Shown piece after piece: positions 51,688 through 64,000 of a stretch of DNA of 64,000 bases. A program made the translations under genes and the position numbers. Position 1 is the first letter of the stretch. Each line of letters starts with the position of its first letter. Origin of the DNA: Marsupella aquatica (lineage: Eukaryota; Plantae; Marchantiophyta). The notes under the pieces are model-generated. The model was not told where the DNA came from. It was given only the letters and a program-made list of their open reading frames with translations, and did not search any database. The DNA lies in the NCBI GenBank assembly GCA_973895155.1, contig OZ316896.1:12256549-12320548 (forward strand), given 5' to 3'.

Positions 51688-54600
51688 TTAATCTCTATTC
51701 TTTGCAAGGTTCCTTACATCTTTCCAAGGTCTGATTTCCCACAACTCGAGATCATCCCCCCTTTCATAATTTTGAATATATTGTGGTATCCCTTTAACAC
51801 CAATCTTCTTCCCCCAAAACTTGCGTGATGAAGTGTCGGAATCAATTTTCTCGTTTCCGATTTCATCTTCGTTGGACGCCCAACCTGCAAGGAAGGAACA
51901 GGTACTCACTAACACATCAAATAGCCCTTCCAAGGTTTGGCACCTGAGTAGCCGATATGACGGCTAAAACTTGTCAGGAGAGACCTCAACTTTAAACTGC
52001 TGAAGTCATGCTCGGGCTGCAACTCAGCTTTACCCTTGAGTTCTACACAACAGTTTACGACGTTAAAATGCAATGCAAACACAGATCATGACTACTTACC
52101 AGATTCTGTCCCGAGTGGGCAATCCGAGGTGAAGAAAGTTTGGAAATGCTTGTAGCCGTGAGCAACAACATCTAGGTCTTTCAGGCTGAAATTGTAGCGC
52201 TTCTCCATTGCCAGATAAAGAACCTGTGGAGCACTGGATGAGGTAAGGGACAACAATTCGTGGAACTAGAACTAGAACATCGTTTTGGAATTTCAGCAAG
52301 AGCTACCTAGTGTGGCATTCAGGTAAGCAGTGCCAAAAAACAAATTCCCAGTCCGTCTTTCTGTGACCCGGTGTCATGATGTACTTACCTTGTCTGAATT
52401 GACTGGCATCAGCTGCTTTAGGGTCTCGAAAAACGCAGTTGTTAAATCTTCACTGTATACCACGTCTGCTGCAAGTAGGATTGAGGCCATTCCAGCATTC
52501 TTAATGTCTTCAGAGGTCCATTGGTAAGGACCAATCTTGTCCCTGCAAGATGCTTTCCAATTGTCAGGTTCTTTAGCTTTTCTCACAAATAAAAAATAGC
52601 CATTTGACAGACAACACCTTAGTTGTATTCATACCATTTTTGGCTCCCAGTTCAGATGGCTTGAACTGTAAGATAGTTTTAAGACCTTCTGTACCGTTTG
52701 TTGTGCTTAGCTGTAGATTTTACTTAGTTAAAAAGGACATCAACGCAAGCTCTTCGACCCACTAAAAGAGACGATAAGAGAGTACATTACAAGTTTAGAA
52801 AGTCCTCATCATCAGAAAGGTGAGGTGGCCAGGGTTTCCGCCAGTCCAGTTCTCTCACTCTCACAGGAGGTTCTCCGTTGCTGAACGAGCGTCCATTCAT
52901 GACAACATTCCGACTGCAGTTTTCAAGAATGTTCCTTCCTATATCTGGCAATTCAGCAGCAGCCCCAATGTGAACAAAATGTCAGACTTCAAGCTATTAA
53001 TTAAAAGGGAAGGATGGAAGAGAACCAGGTAAGGTCATAAAACTAAAGATCACGAATTGTGTGTAAATAGTTCAATCATCTATAAATACCCACAAAATTA
53101 GTGATCTGACCCTTAACACAATTATCTGGAGTTATTAGTTTCTAAGAACAGTGACAATCGTCTGGAGATAGATGCTCGAAACTATTACCTGTTAGAAACA
53201 CTAGCTGCGCAGCACGGGCCATTACCAAACCAGCAAGTCCTGAAATGAAGCATTTCACATCAGGAGACAGAAAGGGAACTCCTGTAAACAAGAAGGAAGA
53301 TCATCCGAAACCCGACAATATAACAGAATCTATGTTTCGGACCTAGTTGTCGCTCATTGCATTCACGCTGTTGAAATGGTAAGCTACTGTAGGTGACCTG
53401 TGCCTGAACCCAGCTCTAAAGCTGTGACATCGTTGAAAACGTTTGACGAGCACATCTTGTGTAGAATGAAATCTGACAGCAGTAGTGCTCCTCTCCATAT
53501 CTGCCCAGTGGGTGGACTGTTAGAGCGCCAAGTTATAGCTACAACAAGTTGGAAAGATTACTCATCTCTTACACAAAATTACAAGTACATGCAGGTTCAG
53601 CGCCAAATATCCAACACGGTCTCAACTTGACATGGGTAGACTTATAGTCCAATGCCATACAAGCGCTTTGCAGGTCACCGTGATCTTTAGTGCCATGTGG
53701 TAACAACTATTAACCATGTCCCCTGCAAAAACCTTACTTAAACATCCTTGACCCAAGCTGTAAAGCTATCTGCGCCCAGGCCTGGACTACTTCTTTCTGA
53801 TCCAGTGAATTGAAGAGATAGGAGGAGAGCGCACTACGTCATACCTGCAAACCCACTTGTGGAAGAAGAGTTGTCACATGATGATGGACCACCACAGCAT
53901 CCACAGCAGGATTCTCTGAGAACGATGTCTTCAAAACAGGTCAACTCCTTGATATCTCGTCTGCGGATTGCCAAACTGGACAACAGCTGGAGCTGTTCAA
54001 GATAATGCCGACCACATATCCTATCATACTAATGTCCTGAATGGAACTGAGGATATTCAAGTAGAAGCTTTGTAATTCAAGACCAATTCGGATAATATTA
54101 ATGAATAAAGATGATGGAGTCGATGTGCTCATTAATTAACAAACATTTGTCAATCTTTGGTTCTCACTCACTGCAAACCACTTCCAATTTACCTGGTAAA
54201 GGGTAAGTTGCAAATGCCTTTACATCATCCCAGTACTGCAGTATTTTCGCATGGATATGAGGGAACAACTGGGAATACGATGGCGTGAAAGAAAACATGT
54301 CCTAAGAGTTCGCTACCACCGTTGTATGAGAAAGACTTTTAGCTCATTGTATGATATTTTGCTTACAATGTGTGCATCTATGTGTTTGCGGGTGAGAGAG
54401 GCGTGGTGGTGGACCTCAAACTCCAGTCGTTGATTTTCTCACCAGCTTTGCGCTTCTTTGCCCTTCGCGGGAGAACAAGGTCGCCGTGCTCATCAGTTCT
54501 GAAAAAACCGTCGTCATCTCCTCCGTCATCGCTGGATGCCCGGCCTCGCAGACTTTCCTCATTTTCCTCGACTGCAGGTCGCCGCCCTTTCAAAAAGAAG

Positions 54601-55072
54601 ATACCAAAGACGAAAAGCAAATTTATTGAGGAGAACCCAAGACGACTATCGTCATAGCGGGTATGAATTTCGAAGCAGGTAACCCGATGAAAAAGAATAC
54701 CATTCCAAGGAGCAAAAACTCCAAGCAAGCTGATCATCAATAGAATTAGTCGCAGAAAAGTGGTAGACATTTGGAAGCACAATTAGCAAAGACTTATCAA
54801 AGAAGAACACACAAGAGAAATAGAGCACGCACTTCCGGGGCAGCACCTGAGTGATCCACTTGCTGTGAGGAGGGATTGTGAGCGAGCTACAACAGCGAGG
54901 AATGGAAAAGAAGGGGATCACATTGGGATGAGATGTACAAACCAGCGGGCGGAGAAATCTCAAATACAGAGACTGTCGATCGGATACCGACTTCAGTTCC
55001 CAAGTGAACCTCGCTCATCACCTCCGCCTCCTCCAGCCATGCCTTCCCTTCCGTGTCTTCTCCAGCATCCAT
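51688..55072 (-). CDS. Seven-beta-strand lysine methyltransferase, METTL22-like (multi-exon; not every boundary resolved)
   Basis: [45 protein letters not shown] (motif I), [41 protein letters not shown]. Confidence 0.85.
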
Positions 55073-55149
55073 TCTCAGGTAACTACTGTAGCTGTTGCAG
55101 CTCTCCTTGGTAAGGCATTCCTTCTGCCTTGGTTCCAATTTCCAAGGAA

Positions 55150-55335
55150 AGGAGCAAATTCACCCTCACCAGAGAACAGAGCTTCAACGAGCAAGATTTT
55201 CTTGGGATGGGAAAGGGAGCAAATTCACCATTATCAGAGAACAGAGCTCCAAGGAGCAAGACTTTCTTCAGGTTGGAAACAGAGCAAATTCACCCTCACC
55301 AGAAAGCGAAGCTCCAACCAGGGAGATTTTCTTCA
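55150..55335. repeat. Three ~65-bp tandem units upstream of the METTL22-like start
   Basis: GAGCAAATTCACC...CAGA..CAGAGCT repeated. Confidence 0.75.
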
Positions 55336-57823
55336 GGATCTGCCACCATTCATCGAAATATTGAAACAAATTACGACACCTACAGTACCATTCTGAAACG
55401 TCAAGATTGCGGTGCAAAGACGTGGTCGGATTCTACACTGTTCTCCAGGCCAAAGCGATTACTGTGGAGGTTTTTGCATACCGGGCGCTGTTGTTGAATA
55501 TGGGTGACAGAACCAACTCAGAGAAGGGGGGTTTCAAGGGGCCTAAAAGAGGTGGGATGTAATTTAGGAAGTGTAAGATCGATGGACACAAACGTTTGCC
55601 GTGAAAACATGTGAAAATGCGAAACATTTATATTTACTCACATAGCTCTACCAGGCTCTTGCCGATAGGTAGGTTTGAGGTTTCTAGTTCCTGATTGTTG
55701 GCACTGTGGGACTTTGCTGAAGTCCCTCTGGTTTTTTGGCTCCTTGATTGCCGCCCTCCCCACCTCTCTTGATTGGGTTTCTCGACTTTGGGAGCTTGAC
55801 TCCCCATTTGGCGTCTTTGTTTTTTTGGGGCAGTCTGTTTGAAATACACCATACCATTTTTTATTCTGTCATCCCCAGAATTGAACAAAATTACTAAGTT
55901 ACCCCCAAGATTAAATTAATTGTTATGTTGTTTCTGGTGGCCCAAATAACTCAAATAATTGGAATGTGCGGCTAAGATGAACTCATTTGGGCAGCTTACT
56001 AATTAAAAACCGTTTTGGGGGCAACTCTAAAAAGTTGTGCAATTTTGGGGGTAAAAAACAGATATATGATATTGTACATTCCAAAAATGAGTGGATTCCT
56101 TCTACCTGCATTCTGTCCATTTGATTAGTAGTAGAAGGTTTTGAGTGGATTCCTCCTGCATGTATTCGGTCTCCATTCTCATTGAACTGAAGGCAATTGG
56201 GTTCCCTTGGTTACCAAAGTTATTGTGTATATAACCTCTTACAATTGCATATCATAACACTTTGAGGTTCCAGGAGTCGAGTGACACACTAAAGTTCTTG
56301 TTGCCATCGCAACTTACACTAAAGAGAACGTCAAATAGTGTGCCCTGGTCAGCATGACACCAACAAGATGCACACTATAAGCTATGAAACACTCGTCTAC
56401 CAGAACTACTGGGTTTAACTTATGACCGGCATGTTATCAAGTTCAATTCCCATCCAGATATTTCTACTTCTTTCAGCTATGCTAAGACAATTGGTTCTGC
56501 TCTAAACGTCTGCAGCAGGTTTAATGTGTTGTGCTCCACAGGCTTTTGTAGTAGTTGTAGGAATTTATTGAAAACATACAAAAGTCCAAAACGGGGGTTC
56601 TTCCCTTCTGCAAGTCAGTTACATGGCTTCCTCAAGGGCAGCTTTCCCTTTGACAAAATGTTGCTGGGTTTCCCTTAACAAGATCTATGGTCTTGAAGGT
56701 TTGCCTCTCTAAAGCTAAGATTACATTCTTTTGAGTTCAATTGTCCAATACTTGAGCTCATCATTTTCAGTGTATGACTCCTTGAGACCAAATTCTAATT
56801 AATTCAAGGTCCAATTCAAAGTTCAGTAGGCATTCCTTATAAGCAGCACTTTGGAGTGACTCCACAAATTCCTCATATATTTAGAGTTTGCTTATCCCAA
56901 TACAGGCAAATTTAACTCCACTTTGCTAATACGGCTCTAAAAGCAAATCTAACCCTAACTTTGCTGACCATGCTAAAAGAAAACTTAACAAAAATTTGTA
57001 ACAACAGAGGGTTTTGGACAGCCAGGGGCTGGTTATCCTCAAGAAATCCTCAAGACAAGACTTCAAGGTTGCATGTCTTAATGTACACAACGACCTCTCC
57101 GTTACCTTAGTTTGATTAGTATAATCACTAAGCACATTTCAAATCTAAAATGGAGTCACTAAACATGTACAAATCTACTGGAATCAATTACTTTGTGGCA
57201 ACTCCGGTTATGGATGGCAACACGTTTACCCTCCTTACATGCAATTTTAATTTCAGTTTCCTTATAATTATATTATATTGGTTATCCTATATACGCAACC
57301 CCAAAATTAACTTTGCTCATCTAGAGACTTTGCTTATATAGAGTTGTCTTGTATAATTGCATTTTTGGCAGTATTCAGGGGGAATTTTGTTATGCGTAGG
57401 CAAGGAAGCTACTTGTCGGAGTAAGGTCTCACCTTGTTTATATCAAGGGATTCCTCATATTGATGGACCTTATACATGGGGACGACTGTTATTATCTCCC
57501 TCTGCGCAAATTGAGAACTCTTCAGCAACTCAACGAAAGCGTCTGGTGTAGAAATGGATTCCTCTATATTGTAAAAGAGAAGACGGGGCACTACATATCG
57601 TCAGCTGAGAAGTGAAATAACGCCTCCGCTTGTGACAGATTCCAAGGCTGCAGTAGTTCTCTCAGGTGAACATAATGTCGTGTGATTGGTTGGCGCGTAC
57701 TATCGAGATACCGTCGATTTGTCACTTTCATTTTTGGCTCACTGCATCAATTGACGGAAACACCTCAGCTCCTCCAAGTGAGGGTTCGGCAAAGTGAAGA
57801 ATGATACGGTGGCCATGTGTTTC

Positions 57824-58153
57824 TGTTGAAACTCACGCGGTCTTGTCTCTTGCCTGCTCCCATGCCTCGCTGTCAGATGTGGTTACTGTACACTCTGGCT
57901 GCATCGGATCTTACTGACTACCTTGAGCTTGCTGCCGGTCGGTAGGCTGTCTGGTCGATCCCGTTTGACTCTGATCCTCTTTCTGTCCTATCTGGCTGCG
58001 CCCACTTAGACTGACTACTACTTATATTCCCGGTCAGAGTTTACTTGTCGTTTTCCTTTGCTCACGCACTTGGACCCCACTCCATTCATGTATTTAAACG
58101 CACTATTGTGCCTTACGTTAATCAAGTTTCATAATCATCTGAAAACTTCCACA
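57824..58153 (+). repeat. 5' LTR
   Basis: Near-identical to 63409-63738. Confidence 0.97.
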
Positions 58154-58165
58154 TGGTATCAGAGC
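58154..58165 (+). promoter_or_regulatory. Primer-binding site complementary to initiator tRNA-Met
   Basis: TGGTATCAGAGC directly after the 5' LTR. Confidence 0.9.
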
Positions 58166-58211
58166 CTACCGCTCCTTGCACCTTTATCTGATTAGAGTGT
58201 TACTATTTACC

Positions 58212-61200
58212 ATGGCGTTGAGTGATGCTACCAAGATCTCATTCTCAGACAGCGACAAATTAGTAGGAGCACACAACTATATTGTGTGGTCCTTCTACGT
58301 TGAGCAGATCCTGAGAGAAAAAGATCTATGGGAGGTCGTTGACCCCACCATCAATACGCCAGCATCAGCATCTGGAGGAAGCAGCGCAGCACAGCAGCCA
58401 GCTCCCTCACAGGCACACAGTGCAGCCTCGACATCTTCAGGACCAACTGAAGGAACTGCCGTTCAGCAGCAACCTACGGGAGAGCCGAAGAGTCTGACTG
58501 AGGCTCAGAAACGGAAGGAGAGGGTAATCATTATTCTCACCAAAACTGTTCATCATTCCATTGTCCCTATTGTTAGAAGGCTGCGGAGTGATCCTGCCAA
58601 ACTCTGGGCAACACTTAAACAGAAGTATGAGTCTTCTGTAATCCAGCGCAAACTGGACCTCAAGACTGCACTAGTCGAGGCTCGCCTATGTGAAGGGTCC
58701 TCTATGGAGGACTATCTCAAAAAGATCGAGTACCATGTGATGGAACTCGGTAGTGTAGGAGAGGAAGTTGACGATAAAGAACTGATCCAGATTGTGTTGA
58801 GAAATCTACCTGAAAGCTGGTCAGCATTCAAGTCAGCTTACGGTGTCATGTATGCCAAGGACCCTCTAGCTACTTTTGCAGATCTGGAAGAATATCTACA
58901 GGCTGAGGACTTTCGTCGCAAATCAAGCAATGAAGGCAGCGAGCAGTCTATGCTGGCCTCTGCTCACCAGAGACGTGGAGAAGGAGGCAGAGGACATCGT
59001 GGGCGAGGACGAGGGCGCCACGATCGAGCAAGACAGCAGAGAGGCTACGAAGGTGGAGCAGATCGACGCAACTGCAACTTTTGTGGCAAACGAGGCCACT
59101 GGGAAGCAGACTGCTTCATCAAAGCTGCAGACACTGAGATCAAGACAATGTCCGTATCTCAGCTGAAGGACCTACATTCCAAGATCAGAGACATCAAGGC
59201 TGCTCCTGAACCAAAAGCATATTTTGCTGAGGGAGACATCGGAGACAACAACTCTGACGTTGGCGAACCCAGTGAGCCCAAATCCTCACTTACGATTGAG
59301 GCCATGCTCAGTGAGTTTGATACTCCAGGCATTGATGACCAGACCTGGATCATCGACAATGGAGCCTCAGCTCACATAAGTCGCAATCGTAGTAGCCTTA
59401 CTAATCTGATCAGCAGCACCCCTACGTCTAATGTTCTCACGGCTAACGGCTCTAAAATGCCCATATCCGGATCTGGCTGTATTTCTCTTTCTGGCAATAA
59501 ATCTGTTCGTGATGTTTTGTACGTGCCGTCTATTACAAGGAATTTACTCTCTGTTGGTAAATTTACAGATCAGGGTCATCAAGTGCTATTTACTTCCAGT
59601 AGATGCTACGTCTATGACCCCAATAGACCCTCACAGCCTTATCTCAAAGGCTACAGAGACCCTCATAGTAGATTGTATAAGCTCAAATTGCCTGTCGTCT
59701 CTCCGGACAAATATTTAGGTAACACTAAATTAGCACATCCCAACATGTCCGCTCAGTGTCACTTAGTCGAACCTCCATCGATGTCTCCATCTGAACTTTG
59801 GCACCAAAGGCTAGGTCACTCTAGTCATCAGCGCATCAGCTACATGACTCAAAACGGGCTTATCACGGGAGCTCCATCAAATCTTCTAGTCAGCAAAATG
59901 ATCTGTGAGCCCTGTGTGAAAGGCAAGCAGTCTCGACACCGAGTACCAAAATCAGCAACTTTTCGCGCCACCAAACCTCTGGAATTGATTCACACAGACC
60001 TCTGTGGTCCTTTACCGGTCCTAGCTCTCTCTGGGGCCCGGTACATCATCACCTTCACTGATGATTTTTCTCGACATTCTTGGGTCTTCTTTCTCAAGTC
60101 CAAAACTGAGGCTTTGGAAAAATTCAAGATCTTCCAACAAGAAGTCGAAAACTCACTAGGCACCAAAATTAAATGCTTACGAAGCAATCGAGGCGGAGAA
60201 TATATGTCTGATTTATTCATGGCATTTTGTCAGCAACATGGGATACGAAGGCAATTTACTGTAGCTCAAACTCCTCATTAGAATGGAGTCGCCGAACGTA
60301 AAAATCGCACCCTTCTAGATATAGTAAGGAGTATCTCAATAGGCTCAAACTTTCCATCCTTTCTCTGGGAAGAATTAGTCAAAACGGCTAATCACATCAA
60401 CAACCGATGCAGCACTCGTGCATTAAATCTCTCTACACCAACAGAATGTCTCACCGGTACCAAACCTGATGTCAGCCACTTCCGTATCATTGGAAGCACA
60501 ACTCACATTCATGTTCCAAAGGAGATGCATAACAAGCTTCAACCCAGGTCCATTTGTACTGTACTTGTTGGATACGATGACCACAGCAAAGCATATCAAT
60601 GCTTTGACCCGATCTCTCGAAAAATTCTTGTTTCCCGAAATGTGGTCTTTGACGAATCAACTCTTGGAGACTTCTCAACGGGACAAGCCACTATCTACGA
60701 GAGCATTCTCAATATGTTTCCACTTGAAGATGAACCTGACCACTTGCAATCTCCAGCCGAACATTCAACTCCATCAACAACTGGCTCTCCTCCAACACCA
60801 ACAGCCACCGACTCCACACCAGCAACCGAGTCTACATCCCCAAATCTTCCTGACTGCAGGATTGACTATCCCGAGCCTGAACCCCACGAGGACACATCCG
60901 CTTCCACCACTGATCCACCGCTTGTCCCTCAACCACGTCAAGCTCGTCGTGCAAAACAACGTGCCACTCAACGTCTCCTCCAACGGTCACGTCCACCCTC
61001 CAGTCGACTCACATCTCATCCCTATTGGCTATCTAATTTCACAACATACCTTTCAGAAACTACTGAGCATCTCCTGTTAGCTCTTCTAGCTGACTCCATC
61101 GACAATATATCTGTAGAAGATGCTCTCTCTGATTCCCGTTGGACGGAAGCCATGCAAGCTGAAATGAATGCTCATCTTAAAAATGGCACTTGGGAACTTG

Positions 61201-62717
61201 TCAACCTTCCCTTGGGAGAGCGAGCACTATCAGCTAGATGGGTCCTTCGGGAAAAGCTTGACCAAGCAGGAAACATTAAGTTCAAAGCTCGGGTAGTCGC
61301 TAGAGGAAACGAACAGCGTGAAGGATTAGATTTCGAAGAGACCTTTGCCCCGGTAGTCAAATGGTCCACTGTCAGACTCATTGTGGCACTTGCAGCTGCG
61401 TTTGGATGGCCATTATCACATATGGACATGGTCACTGCATTTCTCAATGGGACTCTTAAGGAAACCATTTATATGATGCAGCCACCCGGGTTCCTCTCTC
61501 CTGGTCAAGAAAAACTCGTGTGCAGACTTAGAAAGTCAATATATGGACTAAAGCAAAGTCCAAGGGCCTGGTATGAAGAAGTCGACTCATTTCTCAGGTC
61601 AATTGGATGCATACGTAGCTCCCTAGATCCAAATCTATACACCCTACAACAAGGAGGAAAAATTGCCATCATCCTGCTATTTGTCGACGATCTCTTAATC
61701 ACAGGCAGCGGAGTACAACTTATTGAAGAACTGAAGCAGCAACTAAAGGCCAAGTACGAGATGAAGGATCTTGGAGAAGCAAAAAGATATCTCGGAGTTG
61801 ATTTCCTAGTCACCGAAAAAGGGATTCTACTGCATCAGAAACACTATTCTGACCAACTTGTGCAAGACTACGGAATGGACACATGCAAGCCAGTGGGCAC
61901 ACCCCTTCCAGAAGGCCTTGAGTTATCATCGGAGTCCTACACCCCCGATGTTGACTCTACACATTATTGTCAGTTGGTAGGTAAACTCATATATCTAACT
62001 AACACTCGTCCAGACATCTCCTTCTCAGTTGGTCTGGTGAGTAGATTCATGAGTCAACCACAACAAGCTCACCTAGATGCAGCCATGCACATCGTGCGCT
62101 ACATTAGCGGCACCTTGGATCTAGGAGTGTTCTACAGCAGAGACAGTCAACTTAATCTCGAAGGCTTCACAGATTCTGATTGGGGAAATTCATGCCCTGA
62201 TACTCGAAGATCCACCGGAGGATACATCTTCAAGCTGTCTGAAGGTCCCATCACATGGAGCAGCAAAAGACAGCCAACAGTGTCTCGATCGACTACGGAG
62301 GCAGAATATAAGGCACTTTCAGATGGCGCCCAAGAAGGTGTGTACCTAAAGCGATTACTCGAAGAACTGGTTGGTAACACATCCTTGCCTACCAAGGTCA
62401 AATGTAAAAACACTGGAATAGCAACTGATCTCGAGCAAGCTGCAGTGCCATCCCTTCAGGACTTACATTTGAGGTGCGATAACATGAGCGCTGTTAAGCT
62501 CGCCAAAAACCCAGTCTTCCACGCGAGGACAAAGCACTTAGAAATTCACCATCACTTTGTACGTGAAAGAGTTTTGGAGGGAGAACTTTCAGTGCATCAT
62601 GTGAAAACAGAAGACCAGGTAGCCGACATTCTGACTAAATCATTATCCAAAGCAAAGTTTCTCAGAAATAGAGATATATTAGGAATGAGGTCGGCAAAGC
62701 TGCTACCACTACGATGA
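58212..62717 (+). pseudogene. Copia gag-pol polyprotein with one premature stop (TAG 60279-60281)
   Basis: Zn knuckle CNFCGKRGHWEADC; protease WIIDNGAS; WHQRLGH; IHTDLCGP; TPH*NGVAER; KARVVARG; YGLKQSPRAW; LFVDDLL; TDSDW; RTKHLEIHHHFVRE. ORFs 58176 and 60525 share one frame. Confidence 0.95.
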
Positions 62718-62803
62718 TAACACATCTTTGATACATCTCCATCGCTCTAAGATTGTCTTACAGCATCCCACGATTAACTGGTGTCAATAGTCAGTTTCTC
62801 CAT

Positions 62804-63286
62804 CTAGAGAGCTCTAGCCTGCTCTTTCTTTAAGTACAACTCGGCCTCTATCCGAGTCTTGAAAGACTTGTACTTATTGCCTCGGAAGCCACTTACTAAG
62901 GGTTCTACCTCCTTCCAAGTCGTATAGATCCCTGGACGTCGGCCTCGAGCCACTGAATAGTATCGCCTTGGCAGCTCTTCTGAGAAATCTCTCACTATTT
63001 CTCCTGACAACGGGTGACAGGACTCCTCTTTATACATTGGAGCACTTGGCTCTACAGGGACTATTAGCTCCCTAGCTCGATCAGTCTCCGTTGATGCACC
63101 TGCCTGCGGCTCAATAGGTGTTTCTTCCGATTGCCCACCAAGGGGTCTCTCCTCCGGTCCTAATGAATCACTATGATTACACACTAGGTAAGCATAAACA
63201 CTCCGCGACAATGCTGAGATAAATCCCAACAAGGAAAGAACGAGTGACATCGCCGATTCCCTTAATGTCATCTCCTCCTGCGCCAT
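62804..63286 (-). CDS. Antisense accessory ORF of the copia element: hydrophobic N-terminus plus C-terminal RNase H1-N/caulimovirus viroplasmin (hybrid-binding) domain, 160 aa
   Basis: YYSVARGRRPGIYTTWKEVEPLVSGFRGNKYKSFKTRIEAELYL fits the YYAV..GR..GIY..W.EC...V.GF....YKSF....EA..YL pattern; ATG context ACCACCATGG; located between the pol stop and the PPT. Confidence 0.85.
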   Translation of the reverse strand: MAQEEMTLRESAMSLVLSLLGFISALSRSVYAYLVCNHSDSLGPEERPLGGQSEETPIEPQAGASTETDRARELIVPVEPSAPMYKEESCHPLSGEIVRDFSEELPRRYYSVARGRRPGIYTTWKEVEPLVSGFRGNKYKSFKTRIEAELYLKKEQARAL

Positions 63287-63408
63287 GGTGGTTTCTATCC
63301 AATGTACAAAATTTGATTTGGATAGATTCAGTTACCATACCGACGTTCCATATAATTATCACAGCACACTCTCCTCCTGAATCTTTGCGAGCCATGGTTG
63401 AGGGGAGG

Positions 63409-63738
63409 TGTTGAAACTCACGCGGTCTTGTCTCTTGCCTGCTCCCATGCCTCGCTGTCAGATGTGGTTACTGTACACTCTGGCTGCATCGGATCTTACT
63501 GACTACCTTGAGCTTGCTGCCGGTCGGTAGGCTGTCTGGTCGATCCTGTTTGACTCTGATCCTCTTTCTGTCCTATCTGGCTGTGCCCACTTAGACTGAC
63601 TACTACTTATATTCCCGGTCAGAGTTTACTTGTCGTTTTCCTTTGCTCACGCACTTGGACCCCACTCCATTCATGTATTTAAACGCACTATTGTGCCTTA
63701 CGTTAATCAAGTTTCATAATCATCTGAAAACTTCCACA
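63409..63738 (+). repeat. 3' LTR
   Basis: Preceded by the PPT, followed by TSD GTTTC. Confidence 0.97.
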
Positions 63739-64000
63739 GTTTCCCACAATTGTTATTTATTCGTGTGGTAATGCAAGGAAGCGCTCAGACCCTTAGATGT
63801 TCTGGTGTAATAGTTCTCAGTCAGATTGCAGTCAGAAAACTATATATCGAGTTCTTCATAGCGGTCACTCGCACATCACAAAGAAAATTCCCGAACTGAT
63901 AGTGCTACTTCGAAATCACCAGTCACACAAAAGATAGCAAGCTATTGACCAGACCTGTCTCTGAGATAAAACTGTAAAAGCTACTGTTGATGCAAGAAGC

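Larger units (their letters stand above)
57824..63738 (+). mobile_element. Full-length young Ty1/copia LTR retrotransposon
   Basis: 330-bp LTRs at 57824-58153 and 63409-63738 (TG...CA; 2 mismatches seen); TSD GTTTC on both sides; PBS TGGTATCAGAGC at 58154; PPT GAGGGGAGG at 63400-63408; PR-INT-RT-RH order. Confidence 0.98.

Noticed and set aside
60279-60281. Programmed stop-codon readthrough in copia gag-pol
   Set aside because: The TAG replaces the conserved Gln of integrase TPxQNGVAER rather than sitting at a gag/pol or pol/env boundary; a CAG>TAG mutation is simpler
62804-63286. env-like gene interpretation of the extra copia ORF
   Set aside because: Antisense orientation, only 160 aa, and the recognisable domain is nucleic-acid-binding rather than an envelope glycoprotein

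Overview
Eukaryotic, intron-containing land-plant DNA; a bryophyte/liverwort origin is my inference from gene style and is not proven. Six host genes: a ferric-reductase/FNR-like membrane protein, an intronless Mediator subunit MED23, SEC22 (first coding intron is U12-type), LYRM1, a histidine-phosphatase (PGM-like) gene and a METTL22-like methyltransferase. Two transposons have fully resolved ends and carry unusual cargo. (1) A 9.7-kb CACTA element (8795-18466, TSD CCA) has a decayed TnpD transposase. A SET-domain lysine-methyltransferase exon sits in the first TnpD intron and can be spliced in the same phase to the transposase's first exon. The element also has an intact divergent 471-aa gene and four clusters of a TTCGCAA motif, so it is a candidate self-targeting chromatin-writing system. 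(2) A young Ty1/copia element (57824-63738, TSD GTTTC) carries an antisense ORF with a hydrophobic N-terminus and an RNase H1-N/caulimovirus viroplasmin-type RNA:DNA/dsRNA-binding domain. Also present: a solo LTR, a Helitron-type 3' end and many local tandem and inverted repeats. All family assignments come from motif recognition by eye; no database searches were run.
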